A stretch of DNA of 64,000 bases from an uncultured Candidatus Saccharibacteria bacterium (GCA_964577595.1 CAZNZK010000001.1:140430-204429), one strand, 5' to 3'; shown: positions 46,071 to 55,420, counted from the first letter of the stretch. Made by a program: numbers and translations. The notes: generated from the sequence alone by a model not told the origin.

Positions 46071-46565
46071 CTATAATAGCAGACGCGAGCGTACCGCCCT
46101 ATATTCTGCCCAAATAGACCACAGTACGAATAGATCAAAAATTGTCAGAATGGTCAGGAGGCCCGAAAAGCCCGTGGCGATTTGATACACCTGATAGACG
46201 ACAAAAATTCCCAGCACTACGAGTGACGCGGGATATGCCCACAGCTTATTTTTCCAAAGGGCGATAACCAGACTTAATTTTATGATACCTCGGCTCAACA
46301 AATAGGCCGCGATGAGAATATTTCCAGTCAATGAAATCTGGTGTGCGTAACGCACAAGGTGTGTTCCTATAAAGTCGGTTGGGTCTTCAACAAGCTCTCC
46401 TTGAGCAAGACGTACCAGCACATGCGTGACGAAAGCAGGCGGAATAATAAGCGCTAACAGGCCGCCGATAATTTCCACCACAGAAAATGCGCCTTTCACT
46501 AATATGCTCACGTGAAAATAGATGCCGATTCGCTTTGTTTTTGGTGGAGTGATCGGCGTGGTCAT
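46071..46565 (-). CDS. DUF2127-like membrane protein
   Basis: 164 aa, 4 TM helices, …FIGTHLVRYAHQISLTGN… pattern. Confidence 0.4.
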   Translation of the reverse strand: MTTPITPPKTKRIGIYFHVSILVKGAFSVVEIIGGLLALIIPPAFVTHVLVRLAQGELVEDPTDFIGTHLVRYAHQISLTGNILIAAYLLSRGIIKLSLVIALWKNKLWAYPASLVVLGIFVVYQVYQIATGFSGLLTILTIFDLFVLWSIWAEYRAVRSRLLL

Positions 46566-46578
46566 ACCCTATACTCTA

Positions 46579-47562
46579 TCATTTCAACAGTTGTGTGATA
46601 AGGGCAACCATTTGATCTTTTTCTTGTGGTTTGCTTTCGGCAATCAAAAGCGCCAGCGCCGTTAGGGTGTTGTCGTTTATTTTCTTTTCACCGTTTGCCC
46701 GGAAAAGATATGCGTTCTTCTGTAAGAATAAAATAAAAAGCAGAGCACCGGTGCGTTTGTTGCCGTCAACGAGTGGATGGTCTTTAATAACGAAGTACAG
46801 CAAATGTGCCGCCTTTTCTTCAAGGCTGGCGTAAAGCTCCTTGCCGCCAAATGTTTGGCCGAGCGTTTGTAATATGCCACGAAGCCCTTCTCCGCGTTCT
46901 TGCCCAAAAACATCGGCCGCTGTGCCAGTTTTAATTAACGTGGTTTTCAGCTCGGCAATAGCTTTTTCAACCTCCTCAAAACCAAGCAACACTGACTTCT
47001 TCTTGCTTTTTCGGACAGTAATTTCACCCTGATCGTATTTGTGAAGTAGCAACCAGGAATCGGCATATTCTTTAATAACCGTAAGCAAGCCGCTGGCTTC
47101 GTCGGAACTTAGGCGTTTATTGCGGACATTGGTGATAAAACCAATCATTTTGTTCAATTCGCCCAATTTTGCATCACTTTTTTCCAGTCGTTTCTTGTTG
47201 AGCGTATAGCCTTTCAACAGGTGCTCGTGGAGCACGCTCGTAGCCCAGATACGAAATTGGGTGGCTTTTTGTGAATTAACACGATAACCGACGGCTAAAA
47301 TTACGTTTAAATTATAGATATTGGTTGGCTTATCGGAAGAAGTAAAGTGCATTTTTTGCACATTGCTTTTTTCTTGCAATTCATCGTCTTCAAAGATATT
47401 CGAAATGTGCTTAGTGATAACACTTCTATCCACTTGAAACACTTCCGCAATTTGCGCCTGCGTCGCCCAAATTGTGTCATGTTTAATATCCGTTCGGAGT
47501 TCAATTTTTCCGCCGGGGCCTTTAAAAATTACTAATTCTTGTTTCTTAAGAGCTTCATTCAT
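46579..47562 (-). CDS. RhuM-like N-terminal domain fused to Fic/Doc (HPLVDGNKRTG) domain
   Basis: 327 aa; N-terminal …IWATQAQIAEVFQVDRSVITKHISNIF…AVGYRVNSQKATQFRIWAT… (RhuM family); C-terminal Fic motif HPLVDGNKRTGALLF. Confidence 0.7.
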   Translation of the reverse strand: MNEALKKQELVIFKGPGGKIELRTDIKHDTIWATQAQIAEVFQVDRSVITKHISNIFEDDELQEKSNVQKMHFTSSDKPTNIYNLNVILAVGYRVNSQKATQFRIWATSVLHEHLLKGYTLNKKRLEKSDAKLGELNKMIGFITNVRNKRLSSDEASGLLTVIKEYADSWLLLHKYDQGEITVRKSKKKSVLLGFEEVEKAIAELKTTLIKTGTAADVFGQERGEGLRGILQTLGQTFGGKELYASLEEKAAHLLYFVIKDHPLVDGNKRTGALLFILFLQKNAYLFRANGEKKINDNTLTALALLIAESKPQEKDQMVALITQLLK

Positions 47563-47654
47563 GACAGTATTTTACCGCCAACAATTTATCAGCGGAACTA
47601 GCACGCCCATATTTCACGTGTTGCAATACGATTTTCTGTGACTAAAATTTTTTC

Positions 47655-48755
47655 TTAAATTTTAAACTCAATCACATCCCCATCTTTGACGATGTATTCT
47701 TTACCCTCAGTGCCTAGAAGGCCTTTTTCGCGGGCGGCGGCGTAGGAGCCAGATTCAAGAAGTTTGTCCCAGTGAATAACTTCGGCTTTAATGAATTTAT
47801 GTTCAAAGTCGGTATGAATGGCGGCGCCGGCTTGCGGGGCGGTGGAGCCGCGGTGAATAGTCCAGGCGCGAGTTTCATCGGCGCCAGTGGTGAAATAAGT
47901 TATGAGGCCGAGCATTTCGTAGCTGGTTTTAATGAGATTATTAACCCCGTCGTCCTTGGCGCCAAGCTCTTTACGAAAGGCAATTTTCTCCTCCCCTACC
48001 AATTCTTTCAGCTCTTCTTCAATGCCAGCGTCCACAATAACCGAACTGGCATTTTGCGCCTTGAGAAATTCCTGCAATTTCAGCCAGCGCGGGTCGGCCG
48101 GAGTTTCGTCTAAGTTTTTTCCTCCAGCTTTTTTATTTAAAACATAAAGAATTGGCTTGGCAGTCAAAAGATGCATGCCCCGCAAGAACGGCTTTTCAAA
48201 CTCATTGGCGGAAACCGTGCTAGCAAGCGCTCCCGCCTTAAGGGCTTCGGAAACGCGGCGCAAAACCGCCTCTTCTATAACCGCGTTTTTATCACCACGC
48301 TTAGCGTCGCGGCCAACGTTGCCAAGGCGTTTTTCCACTGTCTGTAAATCGGCTAAAATCAATTCCAGGTTAATGGTTTCAATATCGCTAACAGGGTCAA
48401 TTTTGTTGGCCACGTGAATAATGCTTTCGTCGTCAAAAATGCGTACAACTTCAGCTATAGCATCGGTTTCGCGAATATTAGCCAAAAATTGATTGCCGAG
48501 GCCCTCGCCCTCCGATGCACCCTTTACAAGGCCGGCAATGTCTACGAATTCAATAGCGGCCGGAATGGTTTTAGCCGAAACGGAAAATTTTGCGAGTTTT
48601 TCCACGCGGTCGTCGGGCACGGTAACCACACCCACTGAAGGATCAATGGTCGCAAATGGATAGTTAGCCGCCAACACGCTCTTTTTCGTGAGTGCGTTAA
48701 AAAGAGTTGATTTGCCGACATTGGGCAGGCCAACAATACCGATGGAAAGTGACAT
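47655..48755 (-). CDS. ychF: Ribosome-binding ATPase YchF
   Basis: 366 aa; GLPNVGKST P-loop, TGS domain C-terminus. Confidence 0.9.
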   Translation of the reverse strand: MSLSIGIVGLPNVGKSTLFNALTKKSVLAANYPFATIDPSVGVVTVPDDRVEKLAKFSVSAKTIPAAIEFVDIAGLVKGASEGEGLGNQFLANIRETDAIAEVVRIFDDESIIHVANKIDPVSDIETINLELILADLQTVEKRLGNVGRDAKRGDKNAVIEEAVLRRVSEALKAGALASTVSANEFEKPFLRGMHLLTAKPILYVLNKKAGGKNLDETPADPRWLKLQEFLKAQNASSVIVDAGIEEELKELVGEEKIAFRKELGAKDDGVNNLIKTSYEMLGLITYFTTGADETRAWTIHRGSTAPQAGAAIHTDFEHKFIKAEVIHWDKLLESGSYAAAREKGLLGTEGKEYIVKDGDVIEFKI

Positions 48756-48873
48756 AGGTGTTGATACTAACAGAAATCAGAAATTGAGCCAATAAAGAAC
48801 CGGTAGTCCGACGCCAACTGATGTGAGTGGCTGGAGCTACCGGTTTCAGCAACTACGGGTGGTAGTGCTTGGG

Positions 48874-49104
48874 TCATGTGGCCTCCGTGCTGGTAAGTTG
48901 TCTGTGTTCTTGCTGAGCTCGATCAAGAATGAGCGCCCAGTCGTTTTTAAGCCCAATTTTTTCTGCTCGATGCTTTAGTGCAAGTTTATCTTCATAGATT
49001 CCTTGCATGGTTTCCTGGTTCTTAAACCTTCGACCAAGAAGCTCGAGTAGGTCGTCCCAAAGTTTTTGGGGTACGTTCGCGGGCTTGTAGCTTTTCGTAA
49101 CCAT
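48874..49104 (-). CDS. Small hypothetical protein
   Basis: 76 aa ORF; hairpin (aaccggtag…ctaccggtt) downstream. Confidence 0.3.
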   Translation of the reverse strand: MVTKSYKPANVPQKLWDDLLELLGRRFKNQETMQGIYEDKLALKHRAEKIGLKNDWALILDRAQQEHRQLTSTEAT

Positions 49105-49271
49105 GTGCTATCACCTCCTTTCTATGAGGTAAAGAGTTCAATGAGGGACTGAAAACTAGGCAGAATATAACACAAAATGCCCTAGGAATGCAAGGGTTGC
49201 TGTAATTGACAGGGGCGCTATACTTTCAGTGTCATAAAGGTCGATGTATAGCAATAATTTCCTTGAAATCT

Positions 49272-49643
49272 ATGGCTAAAACGTTGGCAATCATCCTCGG
49301 AGTGGTGTTTGTGGTCTTGAGCTTGTTGGCTTTTATCGCTAACCCACTCATTGGCACAAGTGGTTACTTTGTCACTGGCGTCACGCTGGATATCGTCTAC
49401 TTGCTCTTCGGCATCATTCTCTTGATAGCCGCTGGCGCGGGCGATGCTCCGGCCGCTTTGTGGCTTAAAGTCATTGGCGTGCTTTCGCTCGTGCTTTTCA
49501 TTGATGGCCTTTTTCAGTCATCGGCTCTGCTCGGTTTCATCACTGCTAATTACGCGGACGCGTGGCTCAACTTAGTTTTGGGCGTCGTGTCGCTTGGTGG
49601 TGCGTATATGAAAGGCGGATCCGATAGCATGCAAGTGGTGTAG
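49272..49643 (+). CDS. DUF4383-like small membrane protein
   Basis: About 123 aa from ATG MAKTLAIILGVVFVVLSLLAF…, 4 TM; terminator follows. Confidence 0.45.
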   Translation: MAKTLAIILGVVFVVLSLLAFIANPLIGTSGYFVTGVTLDIVYLLFGIILLIAAGAGDAPAALWLKVIGVLSLVLFIDGLFQSSALLGFITANYADAWLNLVLGVVSLGGAYMKGGSDSMQVV

Positions 49644-49682
49644 TCTTGCTACACAGAACAATATTTAGGGAGCAGCCCTCAC

Positions 49683-49713
49683 GAGCCCGCTTGTCAAAGC
49701 GGGTTTTGTGTTG
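49683..49713 (+). terminator. Rho-independent terminator (CCCGCTT-gtca-AAGCGGG + TTTTGTGTTGTT)
   Basis: Read directly. Confidence 0.65.
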
Positions 49714-49776
49714 TTGAGATTATTTCTTTAAGAAAAATTCAGGACTATTTTAACAACTTGTCGCCATAATAGCGGC

Positions 49777-50901
49777 ATGAAAAAACTTTTTTATGTTTTT
49801 GTGAGTATGGGTACGGTTTTATTTCTAATTATTAGCAGTAGTGCGATTATTTGCACTGCGGTATTGGCGGCAAAAGCCAAAACGAGCATGGCAACATTTG
49901 TGGCCACGCCGCCCGTGCACGTTTTTACCTCATCAAAGAAAACGCCGGTTGGTTTATCGCCGGCGCAAATTAAAGCCGCTTATCACCTGCCCGCGAGCGG
50001 CGGTTCCGGAACTATCGCCATTATTGCCGGCTACGGAAGCGTTACGTTGGAAAAAGATTTAGGTGTTTTTTCGCAAAATTTCAAACTGGCGGCCTGCACA
50101 GTTTCTAATAGCTGTCTCACTATACATAGCATCAAAGTCCCCAAAACCCACCCAAACGGCTGGCAAATGGAAACGTCGCTAGATGCCGAGTGGGCCCACG
50201 CTATCGCCCCCAATGCCAAAATTTTGCTTGTGGAGGCGGGTGGCACAGGTACCGCGGCGCTTTTAGCTGCTATTGATTACGCGCGCGCTCAAAAAGACGT
50301 GGTGGCCATTTCCATGAGTTGGGGTGGGCCAGAATTTCCCGAAGAAACGTCGCTTGAAAAGCATTTCACCAGCCCAAATGGCGCGGCATTTTTTGCTTCT
50401 TCGGGTGATAGTGGCGCTGGTGTGAGTTGGCCAGCCGCTTCTCCCAATGTGGTGGCAGTCGGCGGCACAGGCTTGGTGATGAGCGGTACTAATGTGTTGA
50501 AGGAAATTGCCTGGACGGGCAGTGGCGGCGGCATAAGTAAATATGAAAAAGAACCCGCCTTTCAACAAAATTACAACATTCCACGCGCTGGCGGCATGCG
50601 TGCCGTGCCCGATGTGGCCTACAATGCCGACCCGTCGCTTGGTTTCGCTATCTATCGCGCCGGAACCTGGTATATGGTTGGGGGCACTTCCGCGGGCGCG
50701 CCGCAGTGGGCGGCCATAGAGGCGCTCGGCCATTCAGTTAATTTGCCCGCACTCTATGCCGACAAAAATTCCGCCAATAACGGCGCTTTTTTCCGCGATA
50801 TTGTCAGCGGCAAGAATGGTTCCTGTGCCTACTATTGCGACGCCCGCAAACGCTACGACTACGTCACTGGCCTTGGAACTCCACTGACGATTAATTTTTA
50901 A
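49777..50901 (+). CDS. Secreted S53 (sedolisin)-family serine peptidase
   Basis: Signal peptide; S53 motifs …SLDAEWAHAIAPNA… (Glu/Asp), ASSGDSGAG (oxyanion Asp), GGTSAGAP (catalytic Ser). Confidence 0.7.
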   Translation: MKKLFYVFVSMGTVLFLIISSSAIICTAVLAAKAKTSMATFVATPPVHVFTSSKKTPVGLSPAQIKAAYHLPASGGSGTIAIIAGYGSVTLEKDLGVFSQNFKLAACTVSNSCLTIHSIKVPKTHPNGWQMETSLDAEWAHAIAPNAKILLVEAGGTGTAALLAAIDYARAQKDVVAISMSWGGPEFPEETSLEKHFTSPNGAAFFASSGDSGAGVSWPAASPNVVAVGGTGLVMSGTNVLKEIAWTGSGGGISKYEKEPAFQQNYNIPRAGGMRAVPDVAYNADPSLGFAIYRAGTWYMVGGTSAGAPQWAAIEALGHSVNLPALYADKNSANNGAFFRDIVSGKNGSCAYYCDARKRYDYVTGLGTPLTINF

Positions 50902-50906
50902 AGAAT

Positions 50907-51404
50907 ATGCGACCCATACGCGAAAACGGGATTGCTAAGTTAGGGAAAACTGCGTTTTCAAATTTCTCCTTTACTCCAGAAAAGAAATTTGAGGAGTGGA
51001 TTGAAAATATTGAGAATATTAAAAAGGGATTGGTTAGCGATATAGAGTTAGACGGAAAAGAAATTGGCATAGTTATAAACATATGGGAAAACGGCAAAAA
51101 CTCTGTGATAATTAAACTAAATTACAAAAATGTTCAGAAGATTGTTTTTGACCACGGCTCTCTCCCGTCTAATGAGCTTGTCCAAACAATAAACGCTTAC
51201 GATCAGGGAATATATATTCCTGGAATGCCGCCACTAATACGAGACAAAATTAATTTAATAAAGAGTAAGCCCAATGGTGGCATATACGTTGCTGGCGCGA
51301 ACAGAATTAATGGCTATGGTCTGGTGACTTTCTTTGAACAACTTACTCCCGAGCAGGCACAACACTACCTCGTTTCAATTAAGAAACGAGGTAGTGTGTT
51401 TTAG
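50907..51404 (+). CDS. AT-rich hypothetical protein co-transcribed with the S53 peptidase
   Basis: 165 aa, about 36% GC. Confidence 0.35.
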   Translation: MRPIRENGIAKLGKTAFSNFSFTPEKKFEEWIENIENIKKGLVSDIELDGKEIGIVINIWENGKNSVIIKLNYKNVQKIVFDHGSLPSNELVQTINAYDQGIYIPGMPPLIRDKINLIKSKPNGGIYVAGANRINGYGLVTFFEQLTPEQAQHYLVSIKKRGSVF

Positions 51405-51556
51405 TCACTGGAGGGACGGCGTACCCCTCATCCATCGCCACAAAAACTGATTGTAACGGAAAGTTGTGGACGTGTGCCAGCGAGCCTTTCTGGCGTCAGT
51501 GATCGTGTCCGTAATTAGAGACAATTCTAACCGAAAAACATTTCCTGTCAATTAGT

Positions 51557-51625
51557 CGGGCTGCCGGGAATCGAACCCGGCCCTCACCCACCCCAAGGGT
51601 GTATACTGCCGATATACTACAGCCC
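51557..51625 (-). tRNA. tRNA-Pro (anticodon GGG)
   Basis: Hand fold: anticodon stem CACCC/GGGTG, loop TTGGGGT, T arm CCGGG-TTCGATT-CCCGG; no encoded CCA. Confidence 0.65.
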
Positions 51626-51672
51626 GCAGTGCGGCTAATACTAGCTTTTCTAGCCGCCAAACGCAATCAAAA

Positions 51673-51981
51673 TTACTTTTTCGTGAAGCGATCCTTATCG
51701 CGCGTGGTGGATTTATCCAAGCTTTTGCGGATGGCGCCGTCAAGACTAATATTGTTTGCGTTTGCAAAGCAGACAAGCGTATATAAAATATCCCCAATCT
51801 CCTCTTCCAAATCCTGTTCCGCTTCGGTAGCCTTTTTCTTCTTCGGCCCCCATATATGATTGACCAGCCGTGCTAATTCGCCCGTCTCCTCCACTAAACG
51901 CGCCAAAATCTCATGCGGCGTCCAATAGGGCCAGCCATGCTCCTTGTACCACATATCCAATTCTTTTTGATACTTTTCCAT
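51673..51981 (-). CDS. MazG-like nucleotide pyrophosphohydrolase
   Basis: 102 aa; …LVEETGELARLV…EEIGDILYTLVCFA… (EExxE…E..D MazG/HisE fold). Confidence 0.65.
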   Translation of the reverse strand: MEKYQKELDMWYKEHGWPYWTPHEILARLVEETGELARLVNHIWGPKKKKATEAEQDLEEEIGDILYTLVCFANANNISLDGAIRKSLDKSTTRDKDRFTKK

Positions 51982-52004
51982 ATGGTTTAAGTATACAACT
52001 TCTG

Positions 52005-52075
52005 TGGACCTGGGGGGAATCGGACCCCCGCCTCGTCAATGCGAATGACGCGTCGTACCACTAGACTACAGGCCC
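52005..52075 (-). tRNA. tRNA-Ala (anticodon CGC)
   Basis: Acceptor GGGCCTG/CAGGTCC with G3·U70; anticodon stem CGTCA/TGACG, loop TTCGCAT; T arm GGGGG-TCCGATT-CCCCC. Confidence 0.7.
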
Positions 52076-52076
52076 G

Positions 52077-52092
52077 AAGTGGGGTACCACTT
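52077..52092. repeat. GGTACC-centred hairpin/inverted repeat (aagtggGGTACCactt) abutting the tRNA-Ala(CGC) 5' end; left member of an inverted pair
   Basis: Near-perfect reverse complement of 52292-52307. Confidence 0.45.
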
Positions 52093-52291
52093 TTATGCTC
52101 GTGTTGACTAGTATATAGGAAAATATTGACTTTTGCATGCTACTCGTCGTACCGATCAAGAATCTTTTGTGCTGTGCTATAAAAATGATTTTCACCATTG
52201 GACATGTGCGTCCTTTCAAAACCAATTGCTTTTATAAAAATATCTGTCGAGAATACTACCCTATATTCAAGAAAAAACAATCAGGAAATTG

Positions 52292-52307
52292 AAAGTGGTA
52301 CCCCGTT
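52292..52307. repeat. Right member of the inverted pair (aaagtggtaccccgtt) abutting the tRNA-Ala(TGC) 3' end
   Basis: 15/16 match to the reverse complement of 52077-52092; the two bracket a 200-bp AT-rich spacer. Confidence 0.45.
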
Positions 52308-52308
52308 G

Positions 52309-52381
52309 TGGACCCAAGCGGGATCGAACCGCTCACCTCCTCATTGCAAATGAGGCGCTCTACCAAATGAGCTATGGGCCC
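52309..52381 (-). tRNA. tRNA-Ala (anticodon TGC)
   Basis: Canonical cloverleaf GGGCCCA-TA-GCTC-ATTTGGTA-GAGC-G-CCTCA-TTTGCAA-TGAGG-…-AGCGG-TTCGATC-CCGCT-TGGGTCC-A with G3·U70. Confidence 0.8.
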
Positions 52382-52423
52382 AATATATTTTCGCCAGATG
52401 AGCGAAATTGTGGCTATTCTACC

Positions 52424-53416
52424 TTATTTTTCGCCTCTGGCCAAGCTGATAATATGATGAAAAAAGTCCCCCAACGGAGCGCCAACTGCCGCTAATGATT
52501 TAGGCAGAATAGACGCATCAGTTAAGCCGGGCAACGTATTAATTTCCAAAACATAAATACCTCGGCTGGGAGAGACGATGAAATCGGTACGGGAATAGTG
52601 ACGAGCACCGAGCGCTTTGTGGGCGGCTATGGCCAACTCCTCCATTTCTTTTTTCTGGAATGGAGTAAAGTTGCCAGGGACAATTTCCTGCGCGGCCGTG
52701 GCGCCGTCGGAATATTTCGCTTCATAATCAAAAAAATCACTGGAGGATGGCGGCAGAATCTCTACTGGCGGTAAGGCGTAGAAGCGTTGGTCACGAAAAT
52801 TATCAATAACCGCGGCCGTGGCCTCCCTGCCTTTGATATATTCCTCTACGAGCACGGTGTCGCTATGCTCAAAAGCTTTCTCTACCGCGTCAAAAAAGTC
52901 AATGTATTTTTTGACGATAGTCACGCCCACAGAAGAGCCGGCGCTCACGGGCTTCACCACGAAAGGCAATAAAAAATGATGAAAAACGTGGTTATAGCGT
53001 TCGCGCAGGTCATCGCTCCGGCGGATAACCAAATGGGTGGGCGTTTTAATGCCGGCCTGAGCGAAACGTTCCTTGGCCAAAACCTTATTCATGCCCATCG
53101 CCGATGCGAAAGCACCGGAACCGGTATAGGGCACGCAAAGGTCATCAAGAATTTTTTGGATGCCGCCATCCTCGCCAAACTGGCCGTGTAGGGCGTTAAA
53201 AACAACATCCACGCCTGCCAGGGCGCGGGCTGGCGAGCGTTCGGCGCCATCGCGATGCCAGCCGCCTTCGGCAGAAATAAGGATATCCACTGGCTGATAG
53301 ATTTCGCTGACCGGGCCCTCACTCAAATGCCGCAAAACCGTACTGCCGGTTTTCAGCGAGACATCGTATTCGCTGGAAGGGCCGCCCCGCACCACGCCCA
53401 CAGTGATTTTTGACAT
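52424..53416 (-). CDS. ddl: D-alanine--D-alanine ligase (start at internal ATG MSKITVGVV)
   Basis: ATP-grasp Ddl motifs (…GGPSSE…, …HGQFGEDG…, …EINTLPG…). Confidence 0.85.
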   Translation of the reverse strand: MSKITVGVVRGGPSSEYDVSLKTGSTVLRHLSEGPVSEIYQPVDILISAEGGWHRDGAERSPARALAGVDVVFNALHGQFGEDGGIQKILDDLCVPYTGSGAFASAMGMNKVLAKERFAQAGIKTPTHLVIRRSDDLRERYNHVFHHFLLPFVVKPVSAGSSVGVTIVKKYIDFFDAVEKAFEHSDTVLVEEYIKGREATAAVIDNFRDQRFYALPPVEILPPSSSDFFDYEAKYSDGATAAQEIVPGNFTPFQKKEMEELAIAAHKALGARHYSRTDFIVSPSRGIYVLEINTLPGLTDASILPKSLAAVGAPLGDFFHHIISLARGEK

Positions 53417-53530
53417 GGTTCTAGTATAACAAATCGGCGCATAAAAAAACCGAGCAAAGTGCGCTCGGTCGGACTGGCGAGTTACAAGGAAAACGAAGAA
53501 TGAGGGCAAAGAATCCTTTCTGGGGTTTTA

Positions 53531-53734
53531 CTAGGTCAACATCTGCAGGAAACGCCGGAGGCGGTTGGGAGCTAGCTTAACACCCGTCGCCATAGCCTTC
53601 CTGCGAACATCACGAGGCACCACAAACGGGTTCTCGCACTTCTCGCACCAAATAATTTTGCCGGGCTTGGTGTGCGAGGTAATCCGTTGGTAACCACCAC
53701 AACTGCGATGAGGACAAAAAACCTTGTGCTTCAT
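53531..53734 (-). CDS. Small zinc-ribbon protein (CPxxC…CxxC) with basic tail
   Basis: 67 aa; AAGGAG SD 6 nt before ATG. Confidence 0.45.
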   Translation of the reverse strand: MKHKVFCPHRSCGGYQRITSHTKPGKIIWCEKCENPFVVPRDVRRKAMATGVKLAPNRLRRFLQMLT

Positions 53735-53795
53735 CTGAAGCTCCTTCCGTGAAATACCAGTCCGATTGAGGAGTATACAACGCCCGCAAAAATTT

Positions 53796-55070
53796 TCAAG
53801 GGATGAGTTTGTCGCGACGGCGACGGTGGTAGGTTATGGCGAAACGGTGTGCTTCGGCGTTGGCGAGCAAAATAGCGGGGCCGCATTGGTCCATAACGGC
53901 TTTTTCGGCGAGAATTTCTCGCGGCTTGTGATGCTCGTCTTTAACTACCGCGACAAGCTGAATCGCAAATCCCCTATCGGTAATAATTTTTTGGGCGCTG
54001 TTGAGCTGGGCTTGGCCACCATCCACCACAATCAAGTTGGGCAGAGGCCACTCAAAATGGCCGAAACGTCGTCGCAAGATTTCACTGAGCGCGGCTGTGT
54101 CACCTCCAACCGGTTGGCGAATACGGAATTTCCGATATTCTCTTTTGGCCGGCTCGCCGTTTTCCAGCACGACCATAACGCCGACCATCTGTTTGCCCGA
54201 GCTGTGCGCCACGTCGTAGGCTTCAATGCGAAATACGCGTCCGCCACTTTCGCCAAAACTGCCGCCAGGTAAATCGCCCAACTTGTCCTGTCGTTTCAGA
54301 AGAGCAATGTCCTGAATGTGGGTAAGGGCGAAAATCAGCCGCTTCGTCGCGTCGGCTTTTTCAAACTCTTCAGTCGCCGCGTAATTCCGCATTTCTTTTT
54401 CCAATCCCGCGACCAACTCCTTTTTCTTACCTTCAAAGAAAAGGCGGATATGTTCTATTTGGTCGGCATATTCTTCTTGAGTAATTTCACCACTACACAC
54501 ACCCGGACACAGGCTAATCTGCCGATTGAAACATGGCCGCGGCGTTTTGCCGGCGGCGATTTGTTCGGGTGCCGGCACACACTTAGTGTCGCGATAGGGA
54601 AAAATTCGGCGAATAATTTTCATAGCCTCCTTTAATTGGCCGCCCAAAGGAAACGGTCCAAAAATGTACTTAAAATCGGATTGCTTTTCCGCCATAAGGG
54701 TGCGACCGCGCATCACCAACACTTTCGGAAAATCCTCATTGGTGATAGCTACATAATTCCAGCTGGAATTATCTTTTTCATCAGTATTGTATTTCGGCTG
54801 ATGGTATTTAATGAGGTTAGCTTCCAAAATGAGTGCCTCCAGCACGGAATCGGTTGGCACGTGGTCAATGGCTGTGGCTAAAATCACCATGTCTACGAGC
54901 TTCTGGCCGCGCGTTTCTATGAGGTCGGTGCTGAAATAACTACGCACTCTATCACGCAAAGAAGTAGCCTTGCCTACATAAAGCACGGCTCCGGCGGCAT
55001 CCTTAAATAGGTAGACGCCCGGCGTGTCTGGCAGGTTGGAGGCGACTGTGGAAAATTCTTGACTTGTCAT
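53796..55070 (-). CDS. uvrC: Excinuclease ABC subunit C, short form without the C-terminal (HhH)2 domain
   Basis: 424 aa; GIY-YIG (GVYLFKD…YVGKA), UVR domain, RNase-H-like domain (…IEAYDVAHSSG…). Confidence 0.8.
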   Translation of the reverse strand: MTSQEFSTVASNLPDTPGVYLFKDAAGAVLYVGKATSLRDRVRSYFSTDLIETRGQKLVDMVILATAIDHVPTDSVLEALILEANLIKYHQPKYNTDEKDNSSWNYVAITNEDFPKVLVMRGRTLMAEKQSDFKYIFGPFPLGGQLKEAMKIIRRIFPYRDTKCVPAPEQIAAGKTPRPCFNRQISLCPGVCSGEITQEEYADQIEHIRLFFEGKKKELVAGLEKEMRNYAATEEFEKADATKRLIFALTHIQDIALLKRQDKLGDLPGGSFGESGGRVFRIEAYDVAHSSGKQMVGVMVVLENGEPAKREYRKFRIRQPVGGDTAALSEILRRRFGHFEWPLPNLIVVDGGQAQLNSAQKIITDRGFAIQLVAVVKDEHHKPREILAEKAVMDQCGPAILLANAEAHRFAITYHRRRRDKLIP

Positions 55071-55131
55071 GGAAAGTATAGTAAGCTATTTAACAGGAAA
55101 GTCCAATTGGCATTCACAAAAAGGAGTGAAA

Positions 55132-55356
55132 ATGTATACACAACGCATTCCCACTACCACTGCAGAATCTCTTCGTCGTCAGTATTTGGCACTTTTGCGC
55201 CGGCGCCAACTCATCGACAAGGAATATCGAGCTCGCGTAGAACTGCACCAGCAGGCCATCGCCAAGTTGAATGAAAAGATGGATGACCTCTATCGACTCT
55301 GTAAAAACTCCAAGGCCGACCCAAGCATTCTTACGCCGGCAGGAAGTAACAACTAA
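55132..55356 (+). CDS. Small Arg-rich coiled-coil protein
   Basis: 74 aa from ATG with AAGGAG SD (+7); own hairpin terminator. Confidence 0.45.
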   Translation: MYTQRIPTTTAESLRRQYLALLRRRQLIDKEYRARVELHQQAIAKLNEKMDDLYRLCKNSKADPSILTPAGSNN

Positions 55357-55374
55357 TTTTGACTTCCTTTCCCC

Positions 55375-55418
55375 GAAGCCCGTTTTGCACCTCACCCCTG
55401 CAGAGCGGGCTTCTTTTA
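55375..55418 (+). terminator. Terminator (GAAGCCCG…CGGGCTTC + TTTT)
   Basis: 8-bp stem, long loop, T-run. Confidence 0.45.
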
Positions 55419-55420
55419 TT

